DNA of 64,000 bases from Gnetum montanum (taxonomy: Eukaryota; Plantae; Gnetophyta), in the NCBI GenBank assembly GCA_015680685.1, contig MNCI01002328.1, forward strand, positions 58,172 to 122,171. The letters run 5' to 3'. Each line of letters starts with the position of its first letter. Positions within the stretch are counted from its first letter, which is position 1. Shown here one piece after another: positions 54,777 to 64,000 of the stretch. The notes beneath the pieces are model-generated. The model was not told where the DNA came from. It saw only the letters and a program-made list of their open reading frames with translations, and did not search any database. The translations under genes and the position numbers were made by a program.

Positions 54777-55998
54777 TTGGCCGACGATCGGGGGGGGGGG
54801 GGGGGGGGCACGGTACCTGGAGGCAGCATCGAGGCCCACTGCAGGGCTGAGGACACCGTGCGCCTCCGGGTTACCCAAGCCCCACTCGAGGGGGTCCGAA
54901 CCATGCAGCGAAGCCTTAGCGGTTGCTTTGTTTTGAGGGGCGCCCATCCGTGGTTGGACGTAATTCGGCGATGGGCCCAGGAGCAGTTGCAGGTGGGGGA
55001 AGTTGGGGTCTGTAGCCTATTCGCAGACCTCCTTCTGTTTATTTTTCCCTCTCGTCAGGCCAAGGATTCGGTTCTGTTGGGAGGCCCGTGGTTTTACGGG
55101 GTGAGGGGTCTGGCTTTGACCCCATGGCGTCCCGGGGTCCATCGTGAGGCCGACCTGTTTACCAGAGCCCTGTTTGGATGCGGGTTTTCGGGATCCCTTG
55201 GGAACTCTGGAATCTGGTTTTCTTGCAGAAAATTGTGGGATTCTTCGGCGAATTCATCGCCTTCGACCGGGTCACGCAGTCAATGGAGCGCATGGGCTTC
55301 GCCCATTTTTGCGTCTGGTGCCGGCTGGTGGAGAAGGACCTCATTCGGGAAGTCGTCTTGGAACTCCCCGGGGGGGAAGAAAAGCTCCAGGTTGAATTCG
55401 AGAACCTGAAGGCGGCGATAGGACCCAGACGTAGTGCTGGGACCTAGGGGAGCAAAACAACCAGCTGCGCGCGCTGCGGGAAACCCGGCCATCAAGAAGC
55501 GGCTTGTCTGGTGCAGGGAGTGAGGCCACAGAGACCAAGGGACCAGGCCAGACAAATGTTCGAGGGAGGCGCATGAGTCACAATGGGCCGCAAGGGCNNN
55601 NNNNNNNNNNNNNNNNNNNNNNNNNNNNNNNNNNNNNNNNNNNNNNNNNNNNNNNNNNNNNNNNNNCCTCCACCCACAACCCACAACACCATCACAGACC
55701 ATCCCCGAGCCCCCCCGTCGCCATTGATCGCCACACCAAGGGAACCCAAGATCAAGCTCCCCCCCTAGGCGAATTGGTTAATGTGGTGTGGGGGAGCTCC
55801 AAAACCCGAAGGCACCAGGGGATAGAAACCACACTCGAAGAACTTGGCTGCAGCCTAGTGATGCGAGGCGGAGAAGGTCGACCCGGCCAGCCGAACGAGA
55901 CTCGGGCCAGAGGCAAGCAGGCCCAACGGAACATCAACATGAGGCTCCAACAGATCCTTCGAGAGGTCTACCAACGCTGCACCCCCAGTCACGCATGA
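54777..55998 (+). pseudogene. LINE ORF1 (DUF4283-like), disrupted
   Basis: LLFIFPS...DSVLLGGPWFY...LALTPWRPG and WMRVFGIPWELWN...GFAHFCVW. The start is approximate; TGA at 55996-55998. Confidence 0.8.
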
Positions 55999-58900
55999 AG
56001 TTGTTCAGTTGGAATTGTAGGGGACAGGGTACCCCCTATAAAAGAAATACCCTACGCAGAATTGTTCATGACAAAGATTGTGATATTGTTTGCCTCCAGG
56101 AGACCAAGTTGCAGGCAACAGAGTCGCACCTTCTCCATTGGGAAGGTTGGACCACCCACGTGCACCCCTGTTTGGGCCGAGCCGGTGGACTCGCCATCCT
56201 AGCCTGCTACACCATGATTCTCATGGATGCGTCACAGTGGGCCATCACTGTCCAGCTCCCCTGACAAGGGATCTAGTTGACTAACTTCTATGGGGTGCAA
56301 AACTGGGAGCAGAGGTTACACGAGTTAACCTAGGTGGCGGCGTTGATTCCGGACCATCGATCATGGATTGTGGTAGGGGATTTCAACCAACGTCTCCACC
56401 CTTGGGAGAAATCTAGGAGGGCTGCCCCCCTCCACCGGGGGTGCATGAACTCCAGACATTTCTGGCAACCTTCTCCCTGGTAGACCTGCCCATTGAGGAC
56501 TGCCGTTTCACATGGAGTAATCGGAGGAAAGGCCCGGACCACGTCCTCACTAGAATTGATCGGGTTTGTGTCAGCACTGACCTCCTCCATTCCTCTGTCC
56601 GTGTTTCGGGACAGGAGCGGGTCGCCTCAGACCACTGCTCGCTAATCTGTTCTATTGGGCTGGATAAACCCTGGGCCCCACGATCATTCCGTTTCGAAGT
56701 TGCTTGGTTAACCAAGCCGTGGTTGAGGCCATTGGTGGAGGACATCTAGGCAGACTATTGGCTTGGCCAGGGGGACCCCCAGAACTTCCTTAAGGAGGCC
56801 TTACTTCGTCTGAAGTGGGCCATCCGGGCCCTACCTGTGGATGATAAGTTCTTCTTTCGAACGGGCCTGCGGACACTTCGGGATCAGCTTGGTCAGATCT
56901 AGGCCCGGCAGGAAGCAGGTGAGGACCTGCACGCAGAGGAGTAGCGCAAATTGTGGCAGCTCCAATCCCTTGACCTGGAAGAAGAGACATACTGGCGGCA
57001 ACATTCCCTTGTCCGATGGATCAGGGAGGGGGACAGGAAAACCAGATTCTTCTTTGCCATGGCCAAGACATGTGGGGGGAGCCAGCCACACTGTCTTTGC
57101 AATCAGGACGGGGAGACAACTGATGATTCACAGCGAATTGCACATGAGTTGGCACAATACTGGGGCAGGATCTGGGCTAAGCGCCCCACCAGGCCCATCT
57201 CGGTCCACGTGCTGCGAGTGCTGAGCGAGCACGACAACGTGCGGCTGCTGGCCCTGTTCTCCTAGTAGGAATTCACTACTATGATCAACAGCATGCCAGG
57301 AGGAAAAGCTTTTGGTCCTGACGGCTGGAGCCTTGAATTTTTAAAGATGTTTCTAGATATTGTGGGACCCAATATGCTAGATGCGTTCAATCTCATGCTG
57401 ACCAAGAGGCAGGTCCGGAGGGAACTCAACTGTTCCCGCATTGTGTGCATCCCGAAGCAATCTGACGCACATCGCCCTGAACACTTCCGCCCTATCGGAG
57501 TATGCAACGTACTCATTCGAATCTTCTCCAAGCTTCTAGTGCATAGGCTTGTACCACTCATGCCCAGGCTTGTGGGGATCAACTAGGCAGGTTTCGTACA
57601 AGTGCAGGCCATTCAGGACTAGATCCTCCTCATGCAGGAGGTGTTTCATTCGCTCTGAAATTTGGGCTTCCCCGGGCTTTGCCTCAAGCTTGACATCACT
57701 AAGGCATACGACACGCTCAGTTGGGAGGCATTGCAGTCCATTATGCACCTGAAGGGGTTTGATCCGCAGTTCATCCGGCTATGCATTCGCATGCAGTCCT
57801 CGGCCGGTTTCTCTTTTGACGTGGGGANCTCACCCCTCCTCTTCATCATCGCCATGGACTTAATGCAACACTACTGCAGCACTCCGGGGTGGATGGTTTG
57901 AACATTGCCGGGGTGGCATGTCGGGCCGAACACTATGCGGATGATACGATGTTGCTCAGTAGGGCGGCGGTCCCATAGGTACGATGCATCAACGTTGCTC
58001 TGTCCTGCCTGGCTGCCGAATTGGGGCTGGAGATCAATAGGACCAAATCTTCAGCCCATTTCATTAATGCCGATGAACAAGTTAAAAATTGGGTGATACA
58101 AATTTTGAACATCCTGCCAGGGACAAGCAATGACACCTATCTGGGCATCCCCCTCTTTCGGTGGGGGCGAACCATGGCATGGGGCCCGCTGGTGGAAAAA
58201 ATTAAGGGAAGAAAGGGCCACTGGGCGAATTGATTCCTAAGCCGCAAAGGACACATGCTCGTGGCAACGGGAATCCTCATGGCAATCGCTCGTTTCGTGG
58301 CAGCTGTTGCCATCCCCCCTAACGCCATCATCAATGCAATTAACATGCTGATTTGTAGCTTCATCTGGGAGGGGGGCAATGGGGGGAGCAAACTCCACTT
58401 GGTCTGCTCGGAATGGGTGGCACGCCCCTAGAACGTGGGAGGTTTGGGCATCACGTCCTTCGAGGACGAATTGATGATGGGACAGCAACGGTTGGTGCTT
58501 CGGTTTACACGCCCGCATAGAGAACCAATCCTGTGGATCTACATCATGAATGCAAAATATCTGCGTTGGGAAACGGGGCACAGGATTCTAGGCCTTGGCA
58601 AGCGCTGTGTCGGCACGCATGTGTGATGCAGGCTCGGGGATGGTGGGGCCTCGAGTCGCGCGCCCTATTGACCGCCAAATATCCCCGAATCGATGGTTGG
58701 CAGCGGATTTGGTAGGGGTGGCTGCTCGAAAAAATCAAAATATTTCTTTGGCTGCTCAGATGGGACGCGCTTCCCGTGCGTGCCCTCCTGCGACAACGTG
58801 GGATTCTGCAACATGACACTTGTCCATCATGCGGCGCAGCAGCAGAGACGGTGCAACACTTCGTGTTCGATTGTGAGTGCATGCGCGTGGCGGCGATGCC

Positions 58901-59600
58901 CCCCCCCCCGATGTGCGTCACAGGAGATTCTTGGGCCACACTACTTTTATGGGTAGTGTGGAAAGCACGAAACAACACTTTTTCTGCAGAAACGCCCCTC
59001 CCACTGCAGCTGGTCTCCCAAGCTCTTAACGCGTGGAAAGAAATCGAGACGACAATGGGAATCACGCCCACATTTGAACCAGACTGCGCCGTGTTCCAGG
59101 AGGACGAAGAACTCTGGCAGATGGTGACCCAATGCGGCTGGTTTGACCCTCCGCAACGGCTGGTTGGGGATCTAGATCTGGCAGGCAACGCGTTCTTCTT
59201 CAACTGGGCCGATGACCGCACCTTTTTTCGAGGCCGTGAAATCCTGATCATAGAATCTTCAATCGCCAGCTGTCTGGGGGCTCAGATCGCTGGAGAGGTC
59301 ATTGTCCCTTCCACCCGCGGCCTGCAAGACGTAGAAATGTTCTTTAATGGGTCCGTTCCTCGAACCAGGAGTCGACAGGTACCCAGATCTTCCTTGCCCC
59401 GCCTTTGGGCCCGGGGAACAGATCTGGTGGATAGATTTTTTGTCCAATCTGGCAAAGGTTCCAAGCTACAGGGCCTACACTTTGCTTTTTTGCGCTATCT
59501 CAAGTTGGGTCGCTAGGTCAACCTCCCCCGCTTTTTTCTGGAGGCCCTCCTACTCAAGTGCCGCGGTTGCCACTCTGGTTTAATTCTGGCCCTGTGGTGG
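55995..59600 (+). pseudogene. LINE ORF2: APE endonuclease, RT, zf-RVT and an atypical C-terminal domain; disrupted
   Basis: MKLFSWNCRG, VCLQETK, VVGDFN, RIDR, SDH; GPDG, FRPIGVCN, KLDITKAYD, HYADD, YLGIP; CPSC...ETVQHFVFDC, WKARN; then a ~190-aa extension ending GCHSGLILALW. Confidence 0.9.
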
Positions 59601-59845
59601 GGGGCAGGAGGGGGGGGGGGGGGGGGCAGCACCCGTTGTCCTCGGCCCCTCCACGGGGGGTCTCTCCAGAATGCCCCGCCACGGCAATGCCCCAAGACTC
59701 TACGATTTTTCCTGGACAGGGGAGTGGTTGGTCCCTCTAGGGTTCCACCTTCACGTGGGGCCGGAGGACCCAACGGGAGTGACGCCCCCCTCATCGCCTT
59801 GACAGACCAGTCTCCCCCCCACCAGAGACCTCTGGCCATGGGAAC

Positions 59846-60460
59846 TGGAACGAGGAGCTTCAACAGGCCACGCAGAGGGCCGTGGACGAGGCATGAGAGG
59901 CTGAGAGAAGGGAGTGAGAAGCCAAATGGCATGAAGCCCTCGCGCAGGCCTAGGCCGACCTGGAAGCCTAGTTCTTTGAGCACGAACAGGAGCAGGTGAG
60001 GCAGCAGGACCTCATGGCTGAGGCTGCTAGGGCCCACCTGATTGACGAAATCCGGGCCCAAGTGCAGGAAGAGTTGATCCAAGAAGACGTGGCCCAGAGA
60101 CAGCGAGAGCAGGCGGAGCGGGAGCGGCTTCAAGAAGAGGAGGACCAGCGACAGCAGTAGCTCGACTGAGCTCATGAGCACAACACCCAACCGTGGCTAA
60201 GAGGGGGGTGGTGCTCGTACCTCATTCTTGGCATCAGCTGTGAGAGCTCCTGGGCTGAGCTTAGACACCATATCCGTCGAACCTCGGTGCGGTTCCATCC
60301 GGATGCTGGCGCCTTGCGGGTAGACAGGAGTTGACAGGAGTCAGCCATGCAGGGTATCCAGCAGGCGGCCAATTTCATGGATACGGAGGACCACCCGAAC
60401 ACTTTGGATATCCTCCATGAGCTGGAGTGCCCCGATTGTGGCTGCCGACGAACTTATAGG
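59846..60460 (+). pseudogene. Coiled coil plus J-domain (HPD) plus HxxExPxCxC tail, one frame with several point-mutation stops
   Basis: From 60212: CSYLILGISCESSWAELRHHIRRTSVRFHPDAG...ESAMQGIQQAANFMDTEDHPNTLDILHELECPDCGC. HPD is CAT CCG GAT at 60296-60304. Confidence 0.78.
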
Positions 60461-60960
60461 GGGTTTGTAGTCCTCGGGTGGTGGGGGATGCTTGCCCCCC
60501 CAGGTTGGTGCCCCTGTCTTCGTCGTTGTTTTGACTCACCCGTCGGTTGGGGGTGCGCCCCCCCCCCCCCCCCCTGTTTTTCCTTGTTTGGGGGGGTGGG
60601 GTGATGTCCAGGGTCAGTGTTTGATTTTTGGTTTTGGGAGCGGTTTCGTCAAATTTTGGGGATTCTTCCCTACCATGGGGGGGCCATTCCTGATGGCCCA
60701 CCATTTGTAATCTCTTGTACTATAATTTGCGTTTCTCAGTAATATAATCCTGACTACTTTCTCAAAAAAAAAAAAAAGACTATCATAACTAGAAATCGTG
60801 GCAGTTTGTACAGAATGTACTTAGATAGACAGATTTGTGCCTTAAGATGAAGAAACTATATTAACCTGAGCTTGGTTGCCTGTAGTTATACATGCTAAAC
60901 GCTGCATTAGCTAGCGTTTGCTATTACTGTGGATGACAAACCATAACTATTTGACAAACC

Positions 60961-61267
60961 ACTTATGAGTATTCAGACTATAACAGTTTCGATGAACAGT
61001 CACTAACTTTTGACAGTTATATGATTTTGGAGGATGATTTAGAATTGGGTCAATTATGTTTATTAGAAGTGGACAATCGAGTGGTTGTACTAACCAAAAC
61101 TCATCTATGTATGATTGTAACATCTAATGATGTATTTCATAGTTGGGCTGTACCTTCCGTAGGTTTCAAATGTGAGGTTGTACCTTGTTTGAATTAGACT
61201 TTGATTTTGGTGCAACGAGAATGAGTTTTCTATGGTTAGTATAGTGAGGTTTGTGGAACCAATCATG
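60961..61267 (+). pseudogene. cox2: NUMT: decayed fragment of mitochondrial cox2
   Basis: [22 protein letters not shown]...LLEVDNRVV...HSWAVPS...EVCGTNH, with stops and a 3-bp deletion. Confidence 0.9.
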
Positions 61268-61999
61268 TGCCTGGATACATAGGCTGACTGCTAAGCCCAC
61301 TCTGGCTTAGCTGCACTTTATTGAACAGGCCAATTCTGTCCAGGTGTGAATTACCCCAAGGATCTTAGTCCATGAAAAACTTAAATATATGCATCATGCT
61401 TCTTGATCATATTGTGGAGAATTCATTGTAGTCATTTCTAGACTTGCATTGTACTGGACTAGTTCATTATGAACTTAACTTATCTTGTGTTTACAAGTTG
61501 TTGTCTTGATTCATTGCGCTTTACAACATGCTTCTTTGTAAGCTTTTTCCTTTTTCACCATCGCAACCTTCTGGATGGCTCTCTCTATTTATTTTAGAAA
61601 TTGGATCCTGTGTCATAGGGATCACACATCTCTCCTGCAACACTTGCTTCATAGCTTACAATTCACTTCTTTAACCTTTTGGCTGTAGTGCTTAGGTGCT
61701 TGTTACAAACTCTGTGTTTGGTAACATCTGTTTCATATCTCTAAGTTATTGATTGCTTCACCTTCTTTGTTTATATACATCATGGTGTATTTGCTGCTTT
61801 GGCATTTTTTGTTTATTGATCCATTGATTCTTCTTCAGTTCTTATTCTTTTTTTTTTCATTTGTAACTTGGGTGTTGGTTGATAATATTTCATAGAAAGG
61901 TTGTGATTGTTCCTATGTTACAAGTCACACCTTTTCATTATGAATTGATTAAGAGTGGTTATGAATAATGATTGTACATTTTGACTTCTATAGTTCAAC

Positions 62000-63113
62000 A
62001 AGAGATATCAATGTTTGAGATTGACTATGTGAAACATAGGCTCATTGATAGGGAAGACTAATGAAAATATGGATTTGATGATGAGAAGAAGAGTTGACAT
62101 TGCTTGCTTTAGGAAATCAATGCTATCTGTTCATGTGCCAGAACCAACAGCTTCACCCCTAATGGAATTCATGAGTCACTCAACTGTCCTAAGTGGAAAG
62201 GAGAGAAACCAAAGGACATTGGTGAGGGATTTAAGCTCTTTTATTGCTGAGGGAGAGACAACCTTCGAAATAGAGTAGGGACAATGGTAGATCAATAGAT
62301 AAAGGATAAGGTGGTAGAAGTTACTCAAACGGGTGATAGAATCATGAACATTTGGGGAAAGGAAGTCATTAACAACCTAAGTGTCTATGCTCCTCAAATG
62401 GGTTTGCAATATCATGTTAAGAGGATGTTTTGGGATGCTTTGGATGGACTTCTACAATAGGTACTAGAGCTTGAAGGTATTCTTATTAGAGGAGATTTTA
62501 ATGAACACCCTTGTGTGTTATCCTATTTTGTTGGGACAAGGCTAGGATGATAATGTGAGAGTGACTAGAGCAAGTTATGAGAGGTTGCTTGGAGGGAAAA
62601 ACTTTGGAGAGTGAAATGAGATGGGGGAGTCTATTCTTAAGTTTGCATTGGCCTATGATCCTTTATGGTGCTGAATGTTGACTTGTCAAAAAACATGCTT
62701 GTGGCAAGGATACATATACTAAGGTGGATGGTGGACGTAATGCATACATGTGGCAAAGATGTGTATGCTAAGGTAGATGTTGGGTGTGATAAGGAAAGAT
62801 TGAATCACGAACTCTCTTATTAGGGAAGGTTTGGGAGTAACTATTGTAGATGAGAAGATTAAGAAAAGTTATCTTAGATGGTTTGGTCATGTGTTATGAA
62901 AATTGCATAATGCTCCCGTTAGAAGATGTTGCATTATTAAAGTTGAAGGGAACCAATAAAGAGGTAGACTTAAGCATACTTGGTTTGCTTGCATAAGGAA
63001 GGACATCCATGATTTGGGTATTAATGCTTATTTAGCTTTTAATAAAAGTAAATGACGTAAATGAACTCATATAGCCAACCCCATGTAGTTGAGATAAGGC
63101 GATGATGATGATG
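62000..63113 (+). mobile_element. Internally deleted RTE-clade LINE
   Basis: APE remnants (NIGSL.GK, RRRVDIACF, SVYAPQMG, GDFN) joined directly to post-RT sequence (LYGAEC, MLRW, LRWFGHV). (GAT)n tail at 63101-63113. 3' part resembles 26740-27120. Confidence 0.85.
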
Positions 63114-64000
63114 AAAAATATTAAATGATACTTGTTCTATGATATTTGACAAATGATTTTGCTTTGAAATAGATGCTGAAGTTGGTGTTAATCAATTCTG
63201 ATCTTGCAATAATGATACAATTTGAGCATTAAAATTTGAAATTGACAATGTATTTTTTTTTTGAAAAGACTTTGGGCTTAAATTAAATAAAACAGAATAT
63301 GTACAATCATAGTAACATCAAAAAGAGGGGAGAGAGCATCTCCCCTCACCCCCAAAACTAGGAGGGGGAACAACCCCCTCTCAACCCATGTAAAACATAA
63401 GCAATTTGTTACATAAGGCTGTGAAATAATTTAAAAGGCACAACCATAAACTCAACTTTTAAAATATTGTTCAAGTGACAAATTATTAGCATACATTCAT
63501 TCTTCTATATCATTGCATTGGTGAATGAAGAAATGAAGGAAGAGTCAAAAATAAACACAAGTTTAAGAGACGTATAGGTTGGCATTTATGTGCGACCATC
63601 AAATACCTTAACCAGTATTTTTGAATTGTCCATGAAACGACTTATCTACTATGGTTTTATTTCAATATTTGTTGAATACACAATACTGCATATGATTTTA
63701 TCAGTTATCCTGAAAACACCAAGTCCTTGCTTCATCCTTGCAGTTTAATGAAATACTGTACTTATAGGAGTTCTCTCTGCGTCGTTCATGATTATGGGAC
63801 ATATTTGCACACCACCTTTTATACTGGTGTCTTTTCATCTTTGTGCATACATACATTAGCTATTACTTTGACCTTATATTCATCAGCTATTGTGGAGGAA
63901 TGGGTCACTTTGTCCTCAAACAGTGTGTTCACCCTACTTTAGTGTTTAGTCCTTAGTTTTCTTATACTGTATGAAACCGATGATGATATGCAGTAATCAA

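Larger units (their letters stand above)
54536..60778 (+). mobile_element. Full-length L1-like LINE (~6.2 kb) with an extended 3' coding module ending in a J-domain
   Basis: 12-bp TSD ACTATCATAACT (54524-54535 / 60779-60790), poly(A) at 60764-60777 after TTTCTC, ORF1 and ORF2 motifs, GC-rich against an AT-rich background. Confidence 0.93.

Noticed and set aside
59513-60190. 225-aa Leu-rich minus-strand ORF that looks like a membrane or env-like protein
   Set aside because: It is the antisense shadow of E/Q/R coiled-coil codons. Conservation between copies is in the plus-strand translation.
60212-60460. Independent host DnaJ gene or processed pseudogene
   Set aside because: It lies inside the LINE's TSD and poly(A) boundaries and occurs at the same position in several divergent LINE copies.
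61300-64000. Candidate terminal exon of AP5M1
   Set aside because: No AG-preceded frame matches the expected V.IYP..K.PVE...GDYILWN-type ending; it probably lies beyond the window.

Overview
Eukaryotic nuclear DNA from a land plant, almost entirely made of giant transposon-filled introns of one + strand gene, the AP-5 adaptor complex mu subunit (four coding exons visible at 15358-33411; first and last exons not found here). The introns hold nested Ty1/copia elements, three copies of a ~4.1 kb solo LTR, RTE LINE fragments, a foldback element, a cox2 NUMT and many decayed copies of one L1-like LINE family. The main discovery is that family's 3' end. After APE, RT and zf-RVT, where plant L1s often carry RNase H, it has a conserved domain resembling the accessory 'plant transposon protein' of LTR retrotransposons, then a Pro/Gly linker, an E/Q/R coiled coil, and a DnaJ-like J-domain with HPD followed by an HxxExPxCxC tail. 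The module appears in four or five divergent copies, including one full-length element with a target-site duplication (54536-60778). All domain calls come from reading motifs by eye; no searches were run.
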